Assembly: GCF_009914755.1 (NCBI RefSeq)
Contig: NC_060929.1
Length of the DNA stretch: 64,000 bases
Direction: 5' to 3' (one strand)
Source of the DNA: the human T2T-CHM13v2.0 reference genome, Homo sapiens
Made by a program: the position numbers and the translations under genes. Of this stretch, positions 13,029-26,717 are shown one piece after another; position 1 is the first letter of the stretch, and each line of letters starts with the position of its first letter. Under the pieces are notes generated by a model. It was not told where the DNA came from. It did no database searches and saw only the letters and a list, made by a program, of their open reading frames with translations.

Positions 13029-14694
13029 CTGGGAGAATCAAATTAAACGCTACTACAGAAAAGCTTCTAATAAATGAAGGCACTGACCAAACATAGCAAT
13101 GACGAAAACAACCACCACCAGGATGACTTATTCACCCAGAGGAAGAAGTGAGTGAGGGACAGGAGAAGATAGAGGACCATTCACAATGCTGATGATTTCA
13201 GCCATCTGCATTGCTGGTCTCCACAATGATGTGGAAGTCAAATAGGGAAACTTGAACTGTAATGCGAGTGCTTTGTAGAAGGGAACTTCGTCACAGCTGC
13301 CATCGACAGACTCCTGCCTATGTGGCAGACGTCAAGCAGGCACTTTACCCACCAAGCCTCATTTAACTCCCAGAAAAACTCCTTTGCAAATGAAAGTGTT
13401 TTCACTACCATTTTGCTCCTAAAAAGAGTGGGACTTAGGGATGCTAAAGATTTGCTCAGGGTTATACAACAAGTGATGTCTGTCTGCCACCAAAGTCCAT
13501 GTGTCAAACCACTGCAATATTCCTGGAAATATTCACTTTTAAATGCTCTGGCTAACTATCTAATCGCTATTTTTTTAAAAGAACATTTTATTATGTTAAC
13601 CAAACCTCTACTCTGCAATTAACTCTAATTACACAAGCAATTAAATTGGGAGTAAGATTATTTTGCAGTTTGAAGCTATTTATGCTGACATTAGATTTTC
13701 CTCTAATTAATTCTATTTCTTTGTTCTAATTGTTATTTAATTAACAGACTTTCTAATTCTACCTACATGTTTTTTAAGTACCAGTTTATCCCTGTGCTCA
13801 CACATCTGGGCCCACCACATCTGCTTTGATGGAATTTCCCAGAGGAGAGAAAGAGAAAGAAGAATTGGTCAATTTCTGTTGAGCTAGTTGGAAGCAAAGC
13901 TTGGCCTGATTAATTTGTTGTTGGAAGGTAGGGAGGAAATAATTTCAATACTTTGTTAATATAATCTATAGTACAGTAATCACTCTATCTGATTAATGAC
14001 CTAGTATAAAATCCAGGGTGATCAACAGTGTCACTCAAGATCCTAGAACTTCTTTAGTGTTAGAGTGTATCTGCCTGGGGGGACGATCTGAAGACCTACA
14101 GGCTGCATTAATTTGTTTGTGGCTGAAATCATTTCAATTTAATATGAATCTGTCTGATGATAAATGGCTTTATCATCAGCGGTTGACTCATACCAATCAG
14201 AAGCTCTAACTGGATGTTGATGAAGTCATAGAACCAGGTACTGATTAAAGAGCTAACGTTTAGATGGTCATAGGCTATGAATAGAGAACACTGTAATAAA
14301 GGTTCCTGGGGTGTAATAAGTTTGGGAATCACTGACTTAATCATAGGTCAACATTTTTCAGAAATGGACTTCACAAATGTCATCTCATTCAGCTCTTTAT
14401 TTTATCTCTTTAAACTTTTGTGTAACTCCCCTAAGACTTATCCCATCTATATCTACGACCAGGGCCTTTTCGCCCTCCCTCATAAATCCCTCTTTAGGCC
14501 CAACTACAGTTGCCAGATATTGCAAATATTGCATGGAGAATACTTATACTAAACATTGTTTTATATCAAAAATTTAAGTTTAACTATAGAGCCTGTATTT
14601 TTACTGGGTAAATATGGCTAATGGTTTTGGAATTCTACTCTGTTGAAAAGGTTGTCCCTTCCCAAAGCACCTTTACAGGTGACCTTGTTGTTAT

Positions 14695-15053
<359 letters not shown>

Positions 15054-15284
15054 TGAAGCACTTTAAACAGAGGTTTTCAAGCATTCCAAATATAAGGACT
15101 CCTTTATTATATGTAAATTCTATAGACTCTTACATGGTAGCTGTTTTAGTGGAGAATAAACGTAATGAGAAAATTTTTTTGTGTGTATTCAGGAAAACCT
15201 TTCATGATAGGTTTGTCTTAAAATGGCAGTAAGTAATAAGCCACTACAATAGTGTGAAGAAACAAAACAAACAGCAAAATAGGC

Positions 15285-16450
15285 TCAGATATAACAAAGA
15301 TTTTGGAATTATCAGAAGGGTGGTGTAAGCAGAGAAATTGGAACTCTGAGAAAGAATCAGAAGAACATGTTAGAAACCAGAAACACTGTAACGAAAATAA
15401 AGAATGTCTTTAATGTCTCACAGTAGACTTGACATGGCTGAGGAAAGCATCAAGGAGCTTAATGATAGGTCAACAGAAATTTCAACAGAAATACTGAAAT
15501 GCAAAGAGAAAAATAAATGACAACGACCCACTGGAATATCCAAGAACCGTGGGACCATTTCAACAGGTGCAACACGCACACAATTGGAATACCATAAGAA
15601 GAAGAAAGAATGGAGCAAAAGAAATAATGGAAGTACTATGGCTGAGAAGTTTTCGAAATGAGTGACAGACACCAGTGCACATATCCAGGAAGCTTGGGGA
15701 ACAGCAAGCAGGATAAATACCAACAGATCTACACCTGGACATATGACATTCAAACTTCAAAAAACCCGAAGACAAGAGAAAATATTGAAAGAAGCAGAGC
15801 AAAAAGACACCTTACCTATAGAGAACCAGGGATATGAATTACAGTGGATATCTTATCAGAAACCATGCAAGCAAGAAAAGAATGAAATGAAATAAAGTAT
15901 TCGAAGAAAAAGCTCACCAACCTGAGATTATATAGTCAGTGAAATTATTCCTCAAAAGAGAAGGAGAAAAAAAGACTTTCTCAAACAAAAACTGAGGGAA
16001 TTATTTACCAGCAGACCTGCCCTCTAAGAAATGTTAAAAGAAGTTCTTCAGGGAGAAGAAAAAATTATGTAGTCCAGAAACTCAGATCTACATAAAGAAA
16101 GAGTGTTTAAAAAAGGAATAAATTGAGGCAAAGTAAAATATTTCATTTTTCTTATTTTTACTTGATATAAAATTATATGTAATTGGGTGGTTACAGCAAA
16201 TAGGTAAGTGAAACGAGTAACAGCAATGCCATAAGGGATGGGAAGGAGAACTTGGGAGTTCCCTGATATCATGGACCCATGCTACACATCTTCATGTGGT
16301 ATAGTATTACTTGAGGGTTGAACTAGATTCGTTTAAAATTTATATTGCAAATTTTAGGCCAACCACTAAAAATTTTAAAAAGAGGAATAGTTGATATGCT
16401 AAGAGGGGAAATAAAATGCAACCATGTAAAAATTGGTGGAAAGCAAAGAG
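15285..16450 (+). mobile_element. Old L1M ORF1 region and inter-ORF sequence
   Basis: A-rich sense strand; ORF 15662-15895 HIQEAWGTASRINT...TPGHMTFKLQKTRRQEKILKEA resembles L1 ORF1p. Confidence 0.8.
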
Positions 16451-18709
16451 AATATAGATGTGGTGGTCTTTGAGAAGCAAGCCTGTGCCCAGTGCTTTAT
16501 CCAGCCCCAAAGTGAATTCTAGGGAAGGAAGATGATAAAAATCCCAAAATAACCTGCAGCATGCCCCTGTTGCTCTCCTGTCGTCTCCCACTTCCTCAGT
16601 AAAATTCACGGAAATGGCAACATCTTTGGAGCAGAAGCCACTGCATGGCAGCAGGAGGTTCCTCTCAGGCTTCCATAGTGACTAGGGTGGTGTGGGCCAC
16701 AACAGAATGGGCCCTGGGTCCCCTTAGAGGGTCACAGAAGCGGCCCAGACAGATCCAGTGGACATGACAAGACCTTGAAGTCACAAAGAAAGTCACAGGT
16801 GTGACTGGCAAGGGCCTATCACCGAAGATCCATGACCATATGGGAACCAAATCTTCTCAGTGGAGGTGGGCATGGGAGCTTGACAATGCTGAGGACCACA
16901 TGGCCCCACCCCATCCCTCCTGCCAAGTGAGGGGCAGGATCCTGGAAGTGTGAGACACCTGCGTAACTCGAGAGAAAAGAGAGGAGATCACCCTACATTG
17001 ACTGACATTACATTTCCATATTCTTTTGAAATAAATACTCAAAAAAGGAATCAGGGTCAGACATAGAAAATGTAAAATTATGCTTTGTGGGCTGAACCTG
17101 ATACTTCATGCACTTCCAGTGAATGAGTGATTTCTAAGCGTAGGATACATTCACACAGAACACAGACGTGAAACCCTTGCATTCAGGCTGCAGTCCGGGC
17201 ATGGTGCTGAGAGCATCTAGGGATGCCTGTGACCTATTAATCTGTGGTCCTCCTGGCACCCTCAGGCTGGGAACCACCTCTTTACAGGTCCCAAACTGTG
17301 TTTTCATCAATAACAACTCCTTCAAGGACTGCCTTGTAAATATCCAACGTGTGAATATTCACAGAAGTCTTGAATGTGCACAACAGTACAGAGAATCCCC
17401 AAAGAATTAGAAACCTGGTGATTCTCTTCTTGCTTCCAAGTGCCACCTGCCCAAAGCAGGCTGAGCCCATGGCCTTGGCTTTTGGAGATCTGTGTTCAAG
17501 TTCTGTCTCCATGGTTAACTTTGCCTTGAGCAAGCCACATCTCCATAAACCTGATTGTCCTCATTCTGAAAATGAAGTTAGTGATAATTTGGGGATTTTT
17601 GTTTTTGTTGTTTATTTGGGTTTTTTTCCCTGCAAATGAGCAATTTGGTTGATTCTTGGGAGGAAGAGACCACCTAAGACCAAATAGAAGCATGTACTTT
17701 CTCCTTTTGGAAGTGTGCACCTGAATTTGCTTTTTCTCAGATGACCTGAACCACGGGAAAAAACAGACAAGCTTGGTATTGGCATAGGCTTGGACATCTG
17801 GGCCAGTGGCTGATCAAGCCTTTCTCCTATGAACTTAAGTTCAGTTCCTAGTTGTTGGGCAAGCCAGAAGAGCAGGCAGAGCTTTGGGTTCGGGGACATT
17901 CATGGGGCTCGTGGCCCACTGCACAGGTATGAACATTGCTCCTATAGGAAGACTGAATTAACAGGAAAGGGCCCCATTTATTCCCACATGTCCAGGCCGA
18001 GTCAGCATCAGATAAGGAGCAGTATTGCATTGGGAGGAGGAGCATGGGTGCTAGGCTCTGACTGACTGACATCTACCCCTACTCTGATGCTTACTGGGCT
18101 GAGCCAAGCCTCAGTTTTCACAGCTGTAAAATGGAAATAACTGCAGTCCCTACCCCCTCAGATTGGCATGAATGAAACAGATAATTGAATAAGATGTTCT
18201 TGCTGCCTTGGGGCCATAAACTGCTGGGACCCATAAAAGTCATAATGCAGCCTGCCTCTGTGAACTCTGAAAATAAATGCCTTGTAGAAATATTAGCACA
18301 GGCTAGAGGAAGACACAGTCACATGGGAAGGATGTCAGACTTGCACTTGCCTACTTCATTCCTAAATGCCTGTAATGGGCTTCAAAAATTGCTAAGAGTA
18401 CAGCAGAACAGAGAAAGCTAAGGATCTAAGATGATAGAAAAATCAGAGACAAGGTAAAATCAAGCCACAGATGGAATTATGGTTAAAAAATGTACCCAAA
18501 TATCCTACATCCTGCTCAGAGCTTCCTGGCAGCCAAGAAGAAGAGATAATTCTATTTTTTCAAGAGGCACAGTGTGTGATAGTAAAGGCTGAGAGCTTAG
18601 GGGAGAACCACTTATGGAGTTATTGGGTGGGGTTGTTGGCTGTGGGGGGTTGTTGCCTGTGGGGGGTTGTTGCTGCCCAGTAGCAGAAGGTAACGTGCTT
18701 GCCTCCCTT

Positions 18710-19177
18710 CTGAGGAGGACCATCAAACTTCTTAGCACAGCATTCAAGGTCCTAGTGACCTGGTCCCTGCCTGTCTGTCTGAACTTGTCTTCCACTATGT
18801 GCTCCCTCACTCAGGATTTCAGCCACCAAGCGTGGCTCAGCCTTGGAGGCTTTGTACCCTCACTTCTCTCTATCTGACAAGCTCTTCCCCTAGATCTTGT
18901 CCTTCAAGTCTCACCTCCAAGGTCAAATCTTCCAGGAGGCTTTTGCTGACCTCCTACATGGCATCTCCCCTACATCTTCTCACTCCAGCTTTGCCTTATT
19001 TTCTTTGCAACATTTATTAAAATCTGAAATTACCTATGGATTGATTGATTGATGTCTGTCTCCTTCACTAGAACAGAAGCTCCCTGAGACCTTTGCTGTC
19101 TCATTTTCTTTTGCATCTATCTGCATTCTGTTTGGAAGGCAGTAGTGGCACAGTGAATAGTTATTGAGTGAATGAAT
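18710..19177 (+). mobile_element. L2 3' end
   Basis: Typical L2 tail: gtctgtctccttcactagaacagaagctcc...ttattgagtgaatgaat. Confidence 0.75.
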
Positions 19178-19789
19178 TTAGGCAGATGCATCCTGCTAGC
19201 CAGAGGGCACCTAGCTGTGGTGCATGTTGATAGCAACATGTTGGAGTGAAGTTTGCAGCTGCAACTTGGAAATAGGAGCTGGGACACAGCAGATTTCTTC
19301 TGCATAATAATGCAGACAAGAATTTACAGTCCCCAAGAATCTTGGGTAAGGGAAGAGAAGGGGGCATACTCATATTTTTCTTCTATTTACAGGCAATAGT
19401 TTCCCTCTATGACCAGAGAGAAATTTGCCCATTGGGTTCTCTTACAGGATATTTATGCGGTAAAGGGATTTTCTGACCAAAAAAAAAAAAAAAAAAAAAG
19501 TATCTTTCAGTTGAGTCCTGACATCTGCAGGCAGGAATCTGACAGTGACTGATCCAGGAGGACAAGTCCCCCAAGTGGCCACCGCACTTCTGCAGAAATG
19601 CCATTTTCCGTGAGTTACTTCCTCTGACTATAGTGTAAACACCATAACATATTGAAAACCTTCTTGAGTCGTGCTCAGTGCACTCATTCTAAAGCCTCGG
19701 CCAAGTTTCAGGCTGGATGAATCGCCCTGAATGCAGCTATATTTAGGCCTCTGCATGCTAATGTTTCTATGTGTTACTGAGCCCCAAGG

Positions 19790-19995
19790 AGCAAGTCCAA
19801 AGCGCATCGCCCGGGTCCCGGTCTCCATGGAAACGGCTCTCCCGCTTTGCGCGCCAGCCGCAGGAGTAAGGAGCAGCGCTAGGGCCGCTTCCTCTCTGCA
19901 GCTGACACAGAATCTGAATTTTGCTGCGTCAAACAGGCCCACCCGCTCGTTCGCTGGTTCCAATCGTGGAGAGAGAGGCCAGTATGACGGTGTGA
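19790..19995. promoter_or_regulatory. Small CpG-rich promoter/enhancer-like element with RFX X-box
   Basis: 17 CpGs counted in 19801-19990 against a CpG-depleted background; GTCTCCATGGAAAC at 19821-19834; CCAAT at 19960-19964; TGACG half-CRE at 19985. Confidence 0.65.
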
Positions 19996-20159
19996 CTTGG
20001 GATATGTCAGGGCTGAGCCAGCTTCATAAACATCTCACCCCACTCTCTCAGTTTTGGCACCTTTGTCTTCTAGCTCCACATCCTTAATTACTGTGCTTTG
20101 TAAAGTTGGGATAATTAGAAGCAGAGAAACTGAATTTCAAATAAAGCTATCCAGTGGGG

Positions 20160-20287
20160 CGGGGGAGGGAAGGAAGAGACACAAAATTAACTGTGGCCTC
20201 CTCTAGGGAGGATGGCAAGTCCAGGGGAGGGAAAGATAGACACAAAATTAACAGTGGCCACCTCTAGGCAGGATGACGGGTCCAGGG
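20160..20287. repeat. 61-bp tandem duplication (2 diverged copies)
   Basis: cacaaaattaac at 20180 and 20241 with matching flanks. Confidence 0.9.
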
Positions 20288-20821
20288 CAAGAGCCAGGAG
20301 ACTTTCACTTTTGTTTCTGTATTATTTGAAGTTTTTTCAACAGTGAGCCTCTGATTCTATAATTTAGTAAAGCAAAAAGGATTTATTTGTAATGAACCCA
20401 CCCTGTGTTGATGATCCATTCATTTCAACTCAATTATCTGGAATCTTGAAGAAATCGTGGTAGCCCATGGGCAGAATCAAATCAAAGTTTCAAAACCAAC
20501 AACAAAAACATTTGTTTCCAGAGCCTCACTCCTCCATTTGCCACAACCTCAAGTCTAGTCATACCACACTTTTTTTAAAAATTAAATTTTCTTTTCATTA
20601 AAGCGTAATTGTGCATTGTTTAAAAAGGTCCAACACACCACAAGGGTTATGGTATAAAAAATAGAATAACATAAAATGAAAAAAAAAAATTTAATTTCAT
20701 TGCTCTACCCTCTTTACTCCAAATCTCTGCTTCCCAGGGGAGAGATTTTTGCAATGATGTTAGCTTTTTGTCCTGGCACTTAACTCCATGCTTTTAAGAA
20801 ATACATTTCTATTACTATTTC

Positions 20822-21156
20822 TTTTTTTGCTTTTTCATTTTTGTTTTTGTTTTGTTTTGTTTTTGAGACAGGGTCTCACTCTGTCCCCCAGACTGGAGTG
20901 CAGTGGCACGATTTCACTCACTGCAACCTCCGCCTCCCAGGCTCAAACGATTCTCCCACCTCAGCCTTCTGAGTAGCTGGGATTACATGGGATTACAGGC
21001 TCGAGCCACCACCGTCCAGCTAATTTTTGTATTTTTAGTAGAGAAGGGGTTTCACCATGTTGGCCAGGCTGGTCTTGAACTCCTGATCTCAAATGATTCA
21101 CCCGCCTCGGCCTCCCAAAGTGCTGAGATTACAGGTATGAGCAACCGTTCCGGGCC
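20822..21156 (-). mobile_element. Alu (Jb/Sz-like)
   Basis: Antisense dimer with internal 10-bp duplication tgggattaca; TSD atttctatt(a/g)ctatttctt. Confidence 0.93.
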
Positions 21157-21384
21157 AAATTTCTATTGCTATTTCTTAAAGTTCAAGTTTTAGATACTGT
21201 TCACGGACTTGCTCCAGTGAAAGATGATGAAGATTCAGCTCTCCTATACACCTTCCACTTCAACATATGCTTCCTCTCCACCCACCTTCCCAATAGATTA
21301 TATCATAATTCTTAGTTACAGTAAATATTCTATGCACATGATTATGATCACATAAATAAATATCCACAGCTGGGCCCTGAATGA

Positions 21385-21804
<420 letters not shown>

Positions 21805-23184
21805 AACATCTCCTTTTAATACATTCAGGTGCATCAAGGATCTTATTGGTTCCATCTATCGAAGAGGTGCCTCCTCCTGCTCCTACCTGGACAGATTGCT
21901 GTCCTGCTGCATGGTTGCAGGAAAGCTGTCAGATTCAAAACAAAGTCACTTGTGTCAAACTCTGGAAAAATGGAGCTGGGAAAGGCCATGAAGAGAGGGC
22001 TCTCACACACCGTTGGCCTAAAAATTGGAAACATCACAAGCAACTTTTCCAAATCGCAGTTTACTACATGAGTTACACAAGGACTGATAGCAGGACAAGG
22101 ACAGCTAGCTGCTTATACAAGAATTCTTGCCTGACACTCTCTCTCACAAACCCAGTCCAAAACTTCTAAGGCCTAACTGTAACTCCAAGATTATAAAACC
22201 TGCCTAGCAAGTGCTGGTACTCACCAATCAGAACTCACCAGCCCTTGTAAGACACTGCCAACCCCAATGAACTTTCTTTCAAATCAACTTACCCAACCTC
22301 CTCTTTCCCCAAAGAAGCTCTAAAGTTTTCCTCTCTTCTCTAGACATACTAGAGGCCAGTCTGTTCTGTATGTAAGTTCCAAATTGCAATCTCACCTCTT
22401 GTATATAATCCCCAATTAAAGCCTTTTTACTTAGAGGTTCGTCTCTCTATACTATTGTGCTGATGTAATCTGGTGTCAAAAGTGGTGCCCAAAGCAGACT
22501 CACCGTTGGAGAGATCAGAGGCCCCCAGAGCTATGGCGTGTGACACCCGTACTTGGACCCCTTGAGTCCTCCATGTTGCCTTTTTTTAATTATTTTTGTC
22601 TCGGTAAGTCTCTTTCAGATTGAGTCTCCCCCTCTCCTTTTTTTTTTTCTTTTTTGTTTTGTTTTAGTTCTTGGGTTTCAACTGGGATTTGGTTTAGGAG
22701 GGACTTTCTCCCTCGTGTTTATGAGGCCTCCTGTTTATGAGGGATTTTTCCCTCCTGTTAAAGGTCTTGTTGTCCTTTCTGGTGAGCATGTCCTTTACTC
22801 TCTGGTTCATTTTGCACACTTGGTTATTTCGGCTTTCGCATGTTCAGACTTGTGCCAACTCACCTAGATCAATTTATTTACAATACGGGCTCTCAGAGTT
22901 CAAAGGCATGCCAACATGGTCCCCCTTCTGGGGCTCCAGCTGACAATACATTCAAGCTTTCTGAAGATCACTTGAACTCCCCAAGCTTATTTATCTTAGT
23001 GCTAGATTAGAAGACCACAGTTACGAGATCAAGCAATTTCAGTGAAACATACACCTTCATTGATATCTCAAGGCATCAAAATGCTTTCAGGACTCAAATA
23101 TTGCCTTACTGCAAAACACCACCTCAAAGCCAGCTGAGACTCCTCTCCAGGGCCTCCCTTCCTGTGCCTCCTTTCCCAAAACTC

Positions 23185-23640
23185 CCCAGATACTCTGGCA
23201 TATTGACTATGTAAGTAAAGACAATTGAAAAACAGCAGGTACAAAAATAAAATCATTTTGACTTGGTGCTATTTCTTAAAAGCAGAAGATGACATTTCTG
23301 GGTAAAAGACACCCTCCCTATACTGGAAGGAAAGGCAACACTCTTATCTTCAAGGATGAGGAGCTGACACCGAGAGAATACAGTACAGACCCTTTTAGAA
23401 TAATTCTTATCTTTTAAGCCTTCTCTCATAATTTAGTCACATTTTCACAGTTAACTATTCTATGTCCAATCCAGTATATTGGTAAATGACCTGAGTCACT
23501 CTAAGTGCTTCTTTGGGGTCTTCATTTCCTTATGAGGGCTTTCATGGCACATAAAACTTGTATTTTGTTTATTTTTTCTCTTGCTTAATCTATCCTATGT
23601 TAATTTAATTGTCAGACCTAGACAGGACCCTAAAAGGCTG
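23185..23640 (+). mobile_element. MER34-type ERV1 LTR nested in the partial provirus
   Basis: ggcatattgactat...aaacagcaggt...ctccctatactggaaggaaaggcaaca...ttatcttcaaggatg resembles MER34-family LTRs. Confidence 0.6.
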
Positions 23641-24352
23641 CGACTACCTCACTTACTCCAGGGCTTACAAATGAGATTCTAAAAGTTCTTAAAAGAGCCA
23701 GCTATCTATGTATGCATGTACGTATGTATGTATGTATTTTGGCCTATAATTTGTATACTTTTTTTTTTACACCAAAAGGCAAATTACAAGCTTGTTTTTC
23801 TTACAAATAAATTGGAAGGCTGCTTACACAGCATTTGGTCTATTACCTTCATAAGATTTCCTCTCAAGACAAACAAAAAAAACTTAAGTTTAACCTTGTT
23901 CCATTTTTTGAGAAATGTTATATGGATCCAACTGTCTTCTTACAAATTAATGAGCTTATATCACTGTGTTTTACTTATGAATACATTTTTTAAGTAAAAA
24001 CTGTAAAGTCTTGCCATAAGGACTTTGTTTTTGTTCATCTGTATGCTTTTATGAGTTTTCCTACATCTATATGTTTGATGTATATGATTTTTTTCTATAA
24101 AAATAAAGGAGATCTGTTGGCTTAAAGGGAAAAATAAGTGTTTAAATCAAGTAATTTATCAAAAAAGTAATTAACCAAAAAACTTTTAAAGTTTATGTGA
24201 CTTCAATAAAAATTTAATAATGTAATATTTTTCATTTAATTAAAAGCAAGCATATCTTCAAGATGTCACCATTAAAAGTAAACAGAGACACAACTTTATT
24301 TCTATTAGATGTTTAAGATCATGAAACTGTGAGTGTGACCTAGAAACAAGTA

Positions 24353-24564
24353 CAATAAGTCCTCACTTAATGTTGTCAATAAGTTCTTGGAAACTGTAAT
24401 TTTAAGCAAAATGACATATAATAAAACCAATTTTATTTTCTCACCAACATTATAGCAAAATGATGTTGAACAAAGCAATGTTATTTAAGGAGCTGCTATA
24501 CATCCTTTCACTTAAAGTAGATGTTTCCAAGAACCTATGGATGATGTAAAGTTAGGACTTATTG
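24353..24564. mobile_element. MER6B-like TcMar-Tigger MITE
   Basis: TIRs caataagtcctcactta / taaagttaggacttattg, ~210 bp, TA on the left flank. Confidence 0.85.
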
Positions 24565-24692
24565 TGTACAAATTAGAATGCAATCTCATGTCCATTGCTT
24601 TCTGTATATCAACTACATCAATAAACAAAAACACATGTACTTAACTTACAGGGTTTCTTTGATGGGAAAATAACTTAAAATGATTAATAGGG

Positions 24693-24960
24693 CTGCAATC
24701 CCAGCACTTTGGGAAGCCAAGGTGGGAGGATCACTTAAGGCCTGGACTTAGAGACCAGCCTGAGAAACATAGCAAGCTCCCATCTCTATAAGAGACTTAA
24801 AAATTAGCTGTGCATAGTAATCCACACCTGCAGTCCTAGCTACTCGGGGCGATTGCTTGAGCCCAGGAGTTCGATGTTATTGTGAGCTATAATCATATTA
24901 CTCCACTCCAGCCTGGGTGACAGAGCAAGATCCTGTCTCTAAAAAGAACAACAACAAAAC
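24693..24960 (+). mobile_element. AluJ
   Basis: Diverged sense Alu, ttgagcccaggagttcg diagnostic, (CAA)n tail. Confidence 0.9.
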
Positions 24961-26389
24961 ATTGTTTTCAAAAGTAATGTTGGTATGATTTTTATAAATA
25001 AATCATGTGAATGTAACTGTGATAACATTTAGAAAAATGTCCTTTAATTTAAAATATTAAAGTTATGTTAAATTAAACAATAGGTATTTATAAAACATGT
25101 GAGTCATTTCTAAATAAGTTGACTACTGAAATTAATTGCTAAACATAGATTCAAATTTATTTACTTTTGGCTTCTTAAATTTTATAGGGAGACAAAAATT
25201 ATTTAGATTTTTAATAAAAATACCCTATTTCATATAAAAATTATTCTATGAAAAAACGTGTTTTTAAAGCCATGCATTCCCCTCCTGAAAGTACTGGTTT
25301 TAAAATTTACATTATTTTTCTGGAAAAGGGGGTTACTCATAATTTTGGACACACACTCTCCCAGTGTCTGATTGAATTCAAGTACCCTTTCATCACATTT
25401 GATTTTGGAGTTATCTAAGCAAGTTTTCCCACAAAGAGAAACAATTACACTCTGGAAGGTTTTTCTTTATGTTTTAAAAATGTCCTAAAACAAAAAGTAC
25501 ACACAAATAATCTGAGTCTCATCAAGATACTTTCTTATGTTGTGTGTCATCTTCGGTGTTTTGTTGCTTGGGAAAATAGTCATCTCCAATAAAGGTCAAT
25601 TTTTTTCTCAAGTATGTAACTATTTGTATTTGTCTTCAAAGTATTTTAATTATCAGTCTGATTAAATGACTATTATTTCTCAATTTCATGTGATTCTATT
25701 TTAATTAAATGTTTTAAGCCTTTAAATATATTTGACTAACTTCCTCCAAATCAAATTTTAATTGAAGTCTTTTTGACCTGAAATTGACTTTAGAAATTTC
25801 CAGTAGGGCTCTTGGAAAGCATCAAAAATTACAACTCTTATTGTAAAAAGAGGTCAAACTGTGACAATCCTGGCCTCAGCTGTGTCTGGAATCCCAGAAT
25901 CCAGTCATCATCTGGTTCACCATCGCCAGGGAATAAAACCCCAGTCTTCTGCAAGGATGAGAAAGTGTTACAACTTTGGTAACGATGAGGTTTCCAAGTC
26001 CAACTCAGAAGTCAAGCTTAACTTCTCAAGCTTTTAGCCGAATCTTTTCCTTTAAGCCTCATCTGCACCCCCTACTTTCAGACAAAGTCCTTCTGTGGTC
26101 TTTGGTGTGACTCAGACTGCTTTTAGGCCTTCTCCACTATTACTTTAGAGTTTAAATTTCTCTTCTACCAGGTCAGTAATCTCTTAAATTTTTGCCTTCA
26201 AATTTCCAAAATTTATTGCACTTGTCTCCTCTCATAATCTCTTAGTCCTTGCATATTTTTGTGTTTTTAAATCCCTTCATTCGCATTCATGTGGCACTAT
26301 AGGAGAAAGTGGAAATAAAAATAAGTTTAAATTCCAGTTTAATCAGAAGTCCTTGTAGTGACGTTTTCTATATACCCTGAACATTCTAT

Positions 26390-26717
<328 letters not shown>

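Larger units (their letters stand above)
21918..25860 (+). mobile_element. Partial ERV1 (MER4-group) provirus: 5' LTR ~21918-22467, PBS, internal sequence; no 3' LTR seen
   Basis: LTR start gaaagctgtcagattcaaaacaaagtcact resembles the LTR at 39432; PBS tggtgtcaaaagtgg at 22471-22485; 25260-25860 resembles 36085-36700. Confidence 0.75.

Noticed and set aside
19393-19609. Plus-strand exon (ttctatttacag| ... cc|gtgagt)
   Set aside because: Splice motifs are good, but it contains a long A-run, has no partner exon and lies upstream of the putative promoter on that strand; unsupported without RNA data
19731-20087. 118-aa ORF with a signal-peptide-like N-terminus (MQLYLGLCMLMFLCVTEPQG)
   Set aside because: No recognisable homology; it spans the GC-rich element, where stop codons are scarce on both strands (an antisense 111-aa ORF overlaps it)
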